64,000 nt of DNA from Deltaproteobacteria bacterium TL4 (GTDB lineage: Bacteria > SAR324 > NAC60-12), in the NCBI GenBank assembly GCA_051382335.1, contig JBBCAX010000010.1, positions 1-64,000 of the forward strand, given 5' to 3'. The number at the start of each line of letters is the position of its first letter. Within the stretch, counting starts at the first letter, position 1. This document shows, one piece after another, positions 54,828-64,000 of this stretch. The notes beneath the pieces are model-generated. The model was not told the DNA's origin. It was given only the letters and a program-made list of their open reading frames with translations, and searched no databases. A program made the translations under genes and the position numbers.

Positions 54828-57022
54828 TGAGCAAAGAACAGGCGATCATTCCATTTTACGCATTAACGCTGTTGATCAGCTCCTTTTTATTGTTTGCCGT
54901 TCAACCACTGATTGGAAAAATGTTGCTGCCACAATATGGCGGAGCCCCTGCGATTTGGAATACTTGCATGGTTTTCTTTCAAGGCATGCTGCTGCTTGGA
55001 TATATTTATGCTCATCTCATTGTAGGGAAATTCCGCCTCCGACAGCAAGTACTCATCCATGGAGTGTTGCTCCTGGTGACTCTTTCCCTTTTACCCCTAA
55101 ACCCCATTACCGCCTCCTTTGGCACCAGCACTCATCCTGAATTTCAGTTATTGGGCGAGCTGTTTATGGGGATTGGACTTCCCTTCGCAATGCTCTCCAC
55201 CAGTGCTCCATTATTACAAAAATGGTTTACGACTATGCGCTTTCCCTCAGCGAAAGATCCTTATTTCTTGTATGCGTTCAGCAACACCGGGAGCGTTATT
55301 GCCTTGCTTGGATATCCCTTCATCATTGAACCAAATATTGATTTAATCCAACAAACATGGATTTGGTCCATAGGGTACGGAGGGGTTGTGTTGATATTGC
55401 TGGTTTGCGGTTTTTTGATTTGGAATCCGGCAGCTCAAGCTCAAGTTGCTGGGGCAACAGCCGGACTAAAAAAACTTCCGCTTCGACAATCTGCTTTTTG
55501 GATTGGCGCCTCATTTTTACCCTCCAGCCTGATGTTGGGGGTGACCACTCATATCACAGCAAATATCGTAGCGGTTCCTTTACTTTGGGTGGTTCCCTTA
55601 CTGCTGTATTTAATCACGTTTATTTTGGTCTTTGCCGCCAAACCCCTCATTTCTCATCAATTCATGCTAAACAGCTATCCAGCGATAGTGATTCTCATCA
55701 CTCCTTTAATTCTTATGGAAGTCCTTCAAAATCCGTGGATTACTGTACCGGCTCATCTGTTGTTTTTCTTTGTTGCCGCAATGGTTTGTCATGGTGAACT
55801 GGCACGGAATCGTCCTCATGTCAGCTATTTAACCCATTTCTATTTGTGTCTGTCCGTGGGAGGGGTTCTGGGGGGAATCTTTAATGCCCTGATTGCTCCG
55901 CAAATCTTCCAAACGGTTGTGGAGTATCCTCTCATCATGATTTTTGTTTGTTTATTACTGCCTGATCGTTTGACTTCAGCAACGCGATTCAATCCCAGGC
56001 TCCTGGATGTTGGATTGCCGTTGATCATGTTGTTTCTTTCCCTGTTTTTGTTCTATCTTCTCCCCGACGCATGGCAAGGAACTCGAATGGTTTTTAATAT
56101 TTGGGTCGGAGTGATGGCCTTGATTTGCTATCGCTGGAGGGAACGTGGCTTACGCTTGGGTTTGGGGGTCAGTACGATCATGATTCTTCTCGCAACGTTT
56201 ACTCAACAGGAAACAGGTAAACTGCTGCATATTGAACGTAACTTCTTTGGAGTAAAAAAAGTTATTTATCAGGCTGATGAGCATTGGATCAAACTCATTC
56301 ATGGTGACACCACGCATGGCATTCAAAGTCGCGATCCTGAGCATCAACATGAACCTTTTGCTTATTTTCATCAAACGGGTCCCCTTGGGGATGTCTTTCG
56401 GGTATTCAATCAATCCCGTCTAAAACCACGGGTTGCTGTGATGGGACTGGGGGTTGCCTCAATGGCTACCTATGCCACACCAAGTCAGCATTTTACCTTT
56501 TATGAAATTGACCCCGCGATGGTACATCTCGCAGAGGACTCACGTTTTTTTTCATTTTTAAGACAATGCCAGGGGTCTTATCAAATTATTGTTGGAGATG
56601 GAAGATTGGCTATTGCTTCACTTCCGGATCAGTCGCTGGGGATGATTATTTTGGATGTCTTTAGCTCAGACGCGATCCCTTCCCATGTCCTGACCCTTGA
56701 AGCCATTCAACTTTACCTGGACAAAATAGAACCTGAAGGGCTGTTAGTGTTTCATATCACCAATCGCTTTTTCAACCTGGAACCTTTGCTTGCGAATATT
56801 GCTCATGCGAAAGGTCTGGAGGTTCTTTCCCGAGAGGATAACAACACAACGGCTATTCCAGGCAAGTTTCCTTCTCATTACCTTGCCATGGGGCGCGCAG
56901 GAGAGGCGATGCGACAACTGAAAAATCAGCCTTATTGGTATTCGGTACCCGCCTATCCTGACGTGGAAATATGGACGGATCATTATTCCAATATTCTAAA
57001 CCTCCTCAACTCTGTGGAGTGA
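54824..57022 (+). CDS. Second multi-TM spermidine-synthase-like / SAM-dependent transferase fusion (different subfamily)
   Basis: LLFAVQP..GK.LLP..GG, DPYFLYA.SN.GS, VCHGEL...RP, YEIDP, GDGR, DVFSSDAIP.H, WTDHYSN. Confidence 0.85.
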   Translation: MMSKEQAIIPFYALTLLISSFLLFAVQPLIGKMLLPQYGGAPAIWNTCMVFFQGMLLLGYIYAHLIVGKFRLRQQVLIHGVLLLVTLSLLPLNPITASFGTSTHPEFQLLGELFMGIGLPFAMLSTSAPLLQKWFTTMRFPSAKDPYFLYAFSNTGSVIALLGYPFIIEPNIDLIQQTWIWSIGYGGVVLILLVCGFLIWNPAAQAQVAGATAGLKKLPLRQSAFWIGASFLPSSLMLGVTTHITANIVAVPLLWVVPLLLYLITFILVFAAKPLISHQFMLNSYPAIVILITPLILMEVLQNPWITVPAHLLFFFVAAMVCHGELARNRPHVSYLTHFYLCLSVGGVLGGIFNALIAPQIFQTVVEYPLIMIFVCLLLPDRLTSATRFNPRLLDVGLPLIMLFLSLFLFYLLPDAWQGTRMVFNIWVGVMALICYRWRERGLRLGLGVSTIMILLATFTQQETGKLLHIERNFFGVKKVIYQADEHWIKLIHGDTTHGIQSRDPEHQHEPFAYFHQTGPLGDVFRVFNQSRLKPRVAVMGLGVASMATYATPSQHFTFYEIDPAMVHLAEDSRFFSFLRQCQGSYQIIVGDGRLAIASLPDQSLGMIILDVFSSDAIPSHVLTLEAIQLYLDKIEPEGLLVFHITNRFFNLEPLLANIAHAKGLEVLSREDNNTTAIPGKFPSHYLAMGRAGEAMRQLKNQPYWYSVPAYPDVEIWTDHYSNILNLLNSVE

Positions 57023-57114
57023 CGTTTTTAATTGCGCTCCTGACCTGCTTCCGTTATACAATTCCAGTAGGCGATAGGAATTACAAGAACACATCAAAGC
57101 TATAAGGAGTGTCT

Positions 57115-57816
57115 ATGTTCGAACTGGTCTTGCTTGTTGCATCCGTATTATTCTTTGTTGGAACCCATTTTATTTCAAGTACCCCTTTAAGAGGATTTTT
57201 AGTAAGGACTCTAGGCGAAAGGCTCTATCTCGTCCTATACTCCCTGATTTCAATAGGAGCGTTGGTCTGGATGATTGTCGCGTATGGAAATGCTCCCAGG
57301 AATTTACTGATGTGGTACTCCAATGCTTTTACACGAATGATTCCTCTTTTCGTGATACCTGTCGCCTTTACGTTTGTGATTGCGGGTGCCGCCATCGGTG
57401 GTAAAAATCCGACCTCTTTGACAAGTCTTTTGATTCCTAAAAAAAGGTCTGCAGCACAAAATGTAAGCGGCATTTTACGTATTACACGCCATCCAATGCA
57501 GTGGGGCATTCTTTTATGGGCTCTTTCCCATATTTGTGCTACCGGTGAAGTGGCTTCTTTTTTATTTTTTGGCGGGTTTGCTTTTCTATCAGGTGTTGGA
57601 AGCCTTTCGATTGATCGCAAACGAGAAAAAACGATGGGTGACGAGTGGCAGGCTTTCGAGAAAATCACATCCAATGTTCCTTTTGCTGCCATTGTTGCAG
57701 GAAAAAACCGCTTGATTTTAAGCGAAATTCCTTTTGTCCAAATCTTAATCGCAGTCTTCCTCTATGGCATTTTTATCGCGTACCATGTCTCTTTTTTTGG
57801 AACATTGGCGCATTAA
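57115..57816 (+). CDS. NnrU-family membrane protein
   Basis: FVGTH...TPLR..LV, GILRITRHPMQWG, TSNVPFAAI. Confidence 0.85.
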   Translation: MFELVLLVASVLFFVGTHFISSTPLRGFLVRTLGERLYLVLYSLISIGALVWMIVAYGNAPRNLLMWYSNAFTRMIPLFVIPVAFTFVIAGAAIGGKNPTSLTSLLIPKKRSAAQNVSGILRITRHPMQWGILLWALSHICATGEVASFLFFGGFAFLSGVGSLSIDRKREKTMGDEWQAFEKITSNVPFAAIVAGKNRLILSEIPFVQILIAVFLYGIFIAYHVSFFGTLAH

Positions 57817-58082
57817 CCAATCGCTGAAGCGTCATTCGAATTTGTAGGTCAGACTAAACATTGAGGAAGAAGGTCCATCCCAAAAATGTTTCAGGGATTG
57901 GTGCTGGATTTGAGTTGAACGGTCGTGGAATCACGGGTTGGAAAATAGAAACGATCGCTTAAAGCAGGGAATTCCTCATGGCCGAAGAATACGGCATGTT
58001 TCACACATACCTAACACTTTGGTGGATAGGCCAAAGACGCTAAGAAATTAACGACTGGACCTATCAACTCGCAAAGCTCAGA

Positions 58083-59006
58083 TCAAGCCTCACCATCAGA
58101 AAGTAATTCCAGGGCTTTCATCAAGGCATGGGTTCCACATTTTCCATGACCTTGTGCTTGAAGGGCTACATAGAGTTGGTGTACCAAAGCCAGACCTGGA
58201 AGTGAGAGTTTCATGCGTTGTGCTTCACTCAAAGCAATTTCCATATCTTTAACAAAGTGATCCACACAAAATCCAGGATCATATTTTTTTTGAACAATTC
58301 GGGGCGCAAGGTGATCCAACGTCCAACATGCTGCGGCACCTCCCCGGACTGATTCTAACATCACGTCCACGTTCAATCCTGCTTTATAGGCGTACATCAG
58401 ACTTTCACACACGCCAATCATGGTACCGGCAATCACTATTTGATTGGACATCTTTGCGTGTTGTCCCATACCAGACTCTCCTTGATAAACAAGGTTTCCG
58501 CCAAGTATTTTAAACAGGGGCATGACATAATTGACGACCCCCTGGTGTCCTCCAATCATAATAGAGAGTGTTGCGTCACGTGCACCAATATCTCCGCCGG
58601 AGACTGGAGCGTCAATAGCAATCACTTGTAGCGTTTCCGCTTTTTTTGCGATTTTTTGAGACAAGCTTGGCGACGTGGTGGTCATATCAATCAATACAGA
58701 ATCGGGCTGAACTCCATCAAAAATCCCATTGCTACCGAAATAAACGTCTTCAACATCCTTCGGATATCCCACAATCGTAAAAATGATATCGGAGTTTTGT
58801 GCGACTTCTTTTGGTGAATTGAGCCACCTTGCGCCTCGCTGTATGAGGGCTGTCGCTTTAGACTGGGTACGGTTATAAAGTGTAACAGGGTAACCTTCCT
58901 TGAGCAGATGTCCACACATGGATTGTCCCATAACTCCTGTGCCAATCCAGCCAATACGAATCAAATCAGAAGTGCTGTTTTTTTTCAGAATAGTTTGATT
59001 TGCCAT
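58083..59006 (-). CDS. NAD(P)-dependent oxidoreductase (3-hydroxyisobutyrate dehydrogenase / tartronate semialdehyde reductase family)
   Basis: GWIGTGVMG, DAPVSGGD.GA, K..NQ, F..DHFVKD. Confidence 0.9.
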   Translation of the reverse strand: MANQTILKKNSTSDLIRIGWIGTGVMGQSMCGHLLKEGYPVTLYNRTQSKATALIQRGARWLNSPKEVAQNSDIIFTIVGYPKDVEDVYFGSNGIFDGVQPDSVLIDMTTTSPSLSQKIAKKAETLQVIAIDAPVSGGDIGARDATLSIMIGGHQGVVNYVMPLFKILGGNLVYQGESGMGQHAKMSNQIVIAGTMIGVCESLMYAYKAGLNVDVMLESVRGGAAACWTLDHLAPRIVQKKYDPGFCVDHFVKDMEIALSEAQRMKLSLPGLALVHQLYVALQAQGHGKCGTHALMKALELLSDGEA

Positions 59007-59074
59007 AAAATGCTCCTTATAATCCCCCGTTCTCTCTAACTCTATGATTTCTCCAACTTCTGGTTTAACAGCAG

Positions 59075-61339
59075 ATGCAAAAAAAGCACAATATCAATCG
59101 GATACAACTAATTTTTTTAATATTTTTAGGGTTTCACCTTTTTCTGCTCATTTCAATCACCTTTGTCAGGTATGAAGCCAGCCTGGAAACCTCTCCTCTT
59201 CTAAAAGGGGAAAGCTGGCAGAAGCAAGGTACCTTTGAAATCAAGGGTGTGTTTTTTGGAACCGACTCCCAACCGATTCATTCCCTATTGGGCAAAAAAA
59301 AGCCTATGGAGCTATGGGGGTCCTGGGTTCGGAGTGACTCAAATACAGGTCGATTGGAATCAGCCAACTTTCAAGCATCAGAAGCGCTTTTGATATTTAT
59401 TTCAGGTTATCCTCAAAACGAAGGAAACCAAGTTTATTTAGAAAAGCCAAGTACCGGAGAACAGTTACCGCTGATCCATTATAATCCCAGAGAACAATGG
59501 GCCCCCGTTGCTCTAAAGCTGCCTGAAAACTGGAAGAATTCAAACGTCCGCATTGTTGCCATTGATAACGCTCAAAAACATAGGGGTTGGCTGGGGATCA
59601 GTACTCCTTATTCTATCCCGTCTTGGTCTCTGATATTATTCGATCTTCCTGACATGGATTCGTTTAAGATTTTTCCTTTGTATACCCTCAACTTTATTTT
59701 ATTTATGATTCCCGGCTTGGTCTTATCTTTAAAATTAAAGGAACACGGGGTGTATTCTTCCGCTTTTGTGGTATTGGGCGCATGTGGTGTTACCGCGGCA
59801 ATCGGGTATTTGAGCTTCTGGCTCTATTGGATTCACCCTAACTTGGGAAGAGGGCTGACGATTCCTGTTTTACTGTGGACAATGCTGCGTCTCAGCCGTT
59901 CCAAGTCCAGGAAGGATTTAGAGTCTGTCCTGAGCCAACCCGATATTTTGTATCCTTTAAGTATCATGTATCTTGTTGGTCTTATCTATTTGGCGTATTT
60001 GTATTTACAAAGTGCTAATCTAGGTTTCGATGTCATTAATATGGCCTCTTATCGTTTTCTTTATACATTGCCTAATGATAATATCATCCCTCATTTGTTT
60101 GCGGAAAAATTATATCAAGGACGAGATCCCAGGCCTATTGTTGGGGATTGGCTCAGCAGCGATCGTCCTCCGTTGCAAACAGGCCTGGTTCTGTTTTTAA
60201 GACCTTTAGCGGTTCTGGTGGGGGAGGTTAAACTTCATTATCAGCTAACGGCAACTCTTGGTCAATGTATGTGGGTTCCTGCCGTGTGGAGTTTATGTCA
60301 AGCTATGAAACTATCCTTTGAAAAGATCCTGATGGTGCTTGCCTTTCTCATTTTTACGGGATTCTTCTTATTAAACTCGGTTTATGTCTGGCCTAAAATG
60401 CTTGCGGGTTCGTTGACGATCGGGACCTTTCTCTTGTTACTCAACCCCTTGAAAAATCAAGAAAAGATCACCAACCTACAAGTGACGACAGGAGCTTTGT
60501 TTGCGGCACTGAGTATTTTAACTCACGGTGCGGCTATCTTTACACTTTTGGCCATTGCTTTTGTTTTACTCCTGCCTCGTTATTACTTTGGCATACGCAA
60601 AACCCTCTTGGGGTGTCTTGTTTTTATCATTTGTTACACTCCCTGGATGGGATATCAGCAATTCTATGAGCCGCCTGCAAATCGACTGGTCAAATGGCAT
60701 ATCGGAGGAACTATCCCCATTGATGACCGTACCACCGGTCAAACCCTCGTCGAAAATTACTCTCAGTTAGGATGGAAAAAAACATTGGAATATAAATGGA
60801 GCAATTTGAGAGAAATCCTCATGCCTCGTCCCTATCCTCTGTTTCGAAATGAGGCAAAAGAAGTCTTTGAACGACAAAATGCCGAGTTTTTTTCGGTGAT
60901 GTATGCGTTGAATACATTGAATATAGGATGGCTGGTATTGATGCAAATCGGTCTGTCCCGTGCCTTTCGACGTCCTTTGTTTATCAAAGAACTTCCAAAG
61001 CACTTAAAAGAAATATTCGGTATATCTCTGCTCACCCTAGGAATTTGGGTTGTGTTCATGTTTGGTCCAAACTCAACCGTAAACCACCAGAGTGCTTATG
61101 CGCTGCTGATTCTTTTGGGAACAGGTTTGGGGGCTTTAATTACACTGTTACCCCGCTATTTGGTTTATGGACTATGGCTCTTCCATTTTTATAATTTTAA
61201 TACCACCTGGATCTTACAAAATTCTTATCAACGAGATCTCAATCCTTTGATGATTTTCATGGTCGTCATTTCGATGATGGTTTTGGGGTTTCTGTTTTTT
61301 CATCTAAAAAACAGTCATACACTTAAAGCAGAACAGTGA
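59075..61339 (+). CDS. Polytopic membrane protein, possibly a GT-C-like glycosyltransferase, with an N-terminal extracytoplasmic domain
   Basis: 754 aa with more than 10 hydrophobic segments, and loop motifs PNDN...DWLSSDRPPLQ and WPKML. Confidence 0.55.
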   Translation: MQKKHNINRIQLIFLIFLGFHLFLLISITFVRYEASLETSPLLKGESWQKQGTFEIKGVFFGTDSQPIHSLLGKKKPMELWGSWVRSDSNTGRLESANFQASEALLIFISGYPQNEGNQVYLEKPSTGEQLPLIHYNPREQWAPVALKLPENWKNSNVRIVAIDNAQKHRGWLGISTPYSIPSWSLILFDLPDMDSFKIFPLYTLNFILFMIPGLVLSLKLKEHGVYSSAFVVLGACGVTAAIGYLSFWLYWIHPNLGRGLTIPVLLWTMLRLSRSKSRKDLESVLSQPDILYPLSIMYLVGLIYLAYLYLQSANLGFDVINMASYRFLYTLPNDNIIPHLFAEKLYQGRDPRPIVGDWLSSDRPPLQTGLVLFLRPLAVLVGEVKLHYQLTATLGQCMWVPAVWSLCQAMKLSFEKILMVLAFLIFTGFFLLNSVYVWPKMLAGSLTIGTFLLLLNPLKNQEKITNLQVTTGALFAALSILTHGAAIFTLLAIAFVLLLPRYYFGIRKTLLGCLVFIICYTPWMGYQQFYEPPANRLVKWHIGGTIPIDDRTTGQTLVENYSQLGWKKTLEYKWSNLREILMPRPYPLFRNEAKEVFERQNAEFFSVMYALNTLNIGWLVLMQIGLSRAFRRPLFIKELPKHLKEIFGISLLTLGIWVVFMFGPNSTVNHQSAYALLILLGTGLGALITLLPRYLVYGLWLFHFYNFNTTWILQNSYQRDLNPLMIFMVVISMMVLGFLFFHLKNSHTLKAEQ

Positions 61340-61350
61340 AGGGATTGGAG

Positions 61351-61998
61351 TTACTTCCAAAAACTGGGGCGTAATTTGGCTTTCAACCGCGTTCCTGCCT
61401 TATTGACACGATTCATGAGTGGATGAACATTTTTGCCATATAAAATAAAAGCATTGGTAAATAAGTCCTGTTTGTCCTGAGATAACAAGAAATGCACCGT
61501 TTGATAGCTGATCCAATTTAAATGTTTTTTCAATAGGGAGGATAAAATGATCTTTTGTATTTGAGGATTAGATTGGAGTGTCGCGATGATGCTTTCTAAA
61601 TTTTCATACCCAAGGTATTTCCGAAAAATGTTGAGGTACAATCGATGAATTCGAGCTTCGTAATACTTATCTTTGCTGCAGGCCTCCTGTTCTGTTTCAA
61701 CGATGTATCGAGAAACAACGAAGATGAGATCGGGATCCTTCTCCACTTTCTTCCTGAAAGCGCCAAACAACGTTTCATCAAAAATTTCAACTAAAGTTGA
61801 AGCCAGATCTTCCTTAAAGGTATCGTCTTCAATTTGATAATAGCAATCGATACAAAAGACCAAATGCTCCAACATTCGCCCTTGAACCATATTGGTCAAG
61901 AAATGAACGACCGAGTCGTCTGAATGCTTTTTCCGTGATAAATCAATTTGCGCAAGGCCCTTTGACATTGCTTGTGTATACGGGTTGACTTCTCTCAT
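61351..61998 (-). CDS. Hypothetical protein
   Basis: 215-aa ORF, no recognised motif. Confidence 0.65.
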   Translation of the reverse strand: MREVNPYTQAMSKGLAQIDLSRKKHSDDSVVHFLTNMVQGRMLEHLVFCIDCYYQIEDDTFKEDLASTLVEIFDETLFGAFRKKVEKDPDLIFVVSRYIVETEQEACSKDKYYEARIHRLYLNIFRKYLGYENLESIIATLQSNPQIQKIILSSLLKKHLNWISYQTVHFLLSQDKQDLFTNAFILYGKNVHPLMNRVNKAGTRLKAKLRPSFWK

Positions 61999-62286
61999 CT
62001 CAATTGGTTCATTACCCTAAATTCCAGTTTAACAACCAGCAAACTCCTTAGTCATTTTTTTGACACAAAATAAACAGAACATCAAAAAAAAACAATTACG
62101 TAAAATTACGTAGACTTCTAAGAGTTTGTGATTTCTGTTAAGCCCGACTATGATCACATCGGATTTCAGAAGACACATCTGTTTTGTGGTTACTTCTCTT
62201 TTATAGAGATGCGATATTAACCTGAGTTATCAGGAGAATTCGCATCATTCACCTCATACTTATAACAAATCAGGTTCTTGGTGTTT

Positions 62287-63303
62287 ATGCAAAATAAATA
62301 TCATTTTAATTGGGTCCCTCAGAGTATCAGTCTTTCCGAACTGAGTCAAACTGATCCTTCGCTGAAATGGCAGGAAGACGAAACTAGTGCCGTTTTATTG
62401 AACTCGATTGAGCAATATGGGATTCTCACGCCTTTTCTGGTTCAGCGACTGGAGAACCAACCTCTTCGAATGATTGATGGTTTTAAACGTTTGAAGGCTT
62501 TAAAACAGCTTCGATTTCAAGATCAGGACTCTTGGTACCCTTGCCAAGTGCTTTCAGGTGACCTCTCTTTGAAAGACTTGGCGTTTCTTCGCCTACACAC
62601 ATTTTCGGAAAGCTATACTTTTAAAGGATTGCAGCTGTGTCATATTTTACAAAAGCTTCAAGCGTGGGGATACACCCAGGAAGAATTAACACAAACCATC
62701 ATGCCAAAACTGGGACAACCCCCTTCAATAAAATTAGTGAATCAGCTCATTTTATTAAATGCTCTGCTACAAAACCTAAGTTTTCTTCCCACTCATTGGA
62801 ATCAGTTGACCGCTGAGGAGGTGACCCTGCTGCTTAAGTTTTCTGCGCATGAACTTAAAGCGTTGGGGCAAATGCTTGAAAAAATACAGTTGGGAGGAAA
62901 TAAATGGAAGTCACTGATTCAGCTCCTCTCTGAAGTCTGTAAGATCCATCAGTATGATCTGCTGACTCTTATCGATCGTCCAGAGATTCAAGAAATCGTG
63001 TCGAATTCTCAACTTCAACCTCCGGTACAGCATCGTTTGCTGAAGCAGCAGCTAGAATCATGGCGCTATCCTGAATTGTCAAAAACGAGACGAGCTTTTC
63101 AAGCCATACAACAAAAAATGATTCAATCCTCTAAACTTCAAATAGAGGTTGACCCCTATTTTGAAAACGAGTGGCTTACCATCAGTTTTAGGGCAAGCTC
63201 GTGGGAAGAATTTTCTGAGAAATCTCAACCCTTACGGGAACCTTCCTCTGAGGACTGGCAAGCTTTATTTGAGGTGGTTGGGCGATGCTTCAGCAGAATC
63301 TGA
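62287..63303 (+). CDS. ParB/Srx N-terminal domain protein
   Basis: SIEQYGILTP..V and IDGFKRL.AL. Confidence 0.7.
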   Translation: MQNKYHFNWVPQSISLSELSQTDPSLKWQEDETSAVLLNSIEQYGILTPFLVQRLENQPLRMIDGFKRLKALKQLRFQDQDSWYPCQVLSGDLSLKDLAFLRLHTFSESYTFKGLQLCHILQKLQAWGYTQEELTQTIMPKLGQPPSIKLVNQLILLNALLQNLSFLPTHWNQLTAEEVTLLLKFSAHELKALGQMLEKIQLGGNKWKSLIQLLSEVCKIHQYDLLTLIDRPEIQEIVSNSQLQPPVQHRLLKQQLESWRYPELSKTRRAFQAIQQKMIQSSKLQIEVDPYFENEWLTISFRASSWEEFSEKSQPLREPSSEDWQALFEVVGRCFSRI

Positions 63304-63999
63304 CGTGTTAAGCCGTTGCTCCAAGAACGCCAGCAACTCTTCTGGAAGGTAGTCCGCGATTGCTTTTACTTTAAGGAAAAATTTTTCCCAATTTTTCCCT
63401 TCCTCCACATAAACTTGAGCAAAAGCCTCTACATAATTGTGGTAACGCTTCACACTGAGAAGATTGGCGTTATTCAAAGAATGCGAAAACCAATTGTCAT
63501 AAGAGAGAATTTGGAATTCAGATTTCCTTTGAAGGTAAGACTGTTGGAGCTCATAAAAAAGTTGTTGCTTTTGAACTATTTTTTCCGCGTCTGCCAGGGG
63601 TGACGCATAGAGGGTTTCAAATTTTTCTAAAAACGCACTGATGATATTTCTAAATAATTGCTCATCATGCTGTTCCTGTAAATAGACTTGATACCCTGTA
63701 GTCTTTGAGCTTTCTTTGGTCTCCAGATATTGTCGCAATCCTTCCTGTTCAACAAAAACCGCAAAGGACTCATTGAAGGAGGTGTCTCCCCGGATGTAAA
63801 CAACTTGGTGAGCCATTTCATGGATGAGGATGCTGATAATATTTGTTTCCGAACGACCTTCAAAAAAAGTATTCAGTACGGGGTCATTAAAATAAGCTGG
63901 CACCCAAGGATTATTCAACCAACCGAGTGTCGAATAGGCCCTGACTTTTCCGATCGACACATCCAGTCCTTGTTGTTTCAGGATTTCCGCATATTGCTG
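63265..63999 (-). CDS. Putative zinc aminopeptidase (5' end outside the window)
   Basis: AYSTLGW...DP.LNT, HEMAHQ, FNESFA; the frame stays open to the window edge (QQYAEILKQQGLDV). Confidence 0.85.
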   Translation of the reverse strand, partial: QQYAEILKQQGLDVSIGKVRAYSTLGWLNNPWVPAYFNDPVLNTFFEGRSETNIISILIHEMAHQVVYIRGDTSFNESFAVFVEQEGLRQYLETKESSKTTGYQVYLQEQHDEQLFRNIISAFLEKFETLYASPLADAEKIVQKQQLFYELQQSYLQRKSEFQILSYDNWFSHSLNNANLLSVKRYHNYVEAFAQVYVEEGKNWEKFFLKVKAIADYLPEELLAFLEQRLNTSDSAEASPNHLK

Positions 64000-64000
64000 T

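Noticed and set aside
57817..58082. Possible gene remnant or ncRNA in the nnrU-oxidoreductase gap
   Set aside because: The frames I translated gave no recognisable motif, and no clear structure was seen.

Overview
A mostly housekeeping, fairly AT-rich bacterial chromosomal segment. A SAR324-like or deltaproteobacterial-like origin is an impression from gene content only. The core genes are rpoZ, tilS, a formyltransferase-only purH, plsB with an acyl-CoA ligase, clpA/clpS, cysE/cysK, pyrE, a Nudix CoA pyrophosphatase, a pilC-like gene, der-gyrB-recF-dnaN, queG and a Fe/Mn SOD. The window also holds several hybrid histidine kinases, a four-gene B12 mutase cluster (ecm/meaA-like mutase, MeaB-like GTPase, methylmalonyl-CoA mutase, MeaB), TerD with two lipoproteins, two membrane-fused spermidine-synthase-like genes, NnrU and a ParB-like protein. 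Two structures lie outside the ORF track. (1) In the first 1.3 kb of the minus strand, a sigma70-like promoter and a strong RBS precede a leader ORF containing 31 AGCC repeats. Repeat number decides whether translation stops early or runs through a pyrimidine-rich tract and a REP hairpin towards a repeat-rich surface lipoprotein gene, making this a candidate phase-variable attenuator. (2) A probable oriC lies directly upstream of dnaN, with DnaA-trio-like triplets and a cluster of non-canonical TGTTYRTAA boxes, but no adjacent dnaA. Nested REP/MITE elements, heptamer repeats, a small unannotated ORF and an acyl-CoA synthetase remnant are also visible. No rRNA, tRNA, CRISPR array or intact transposase was found.
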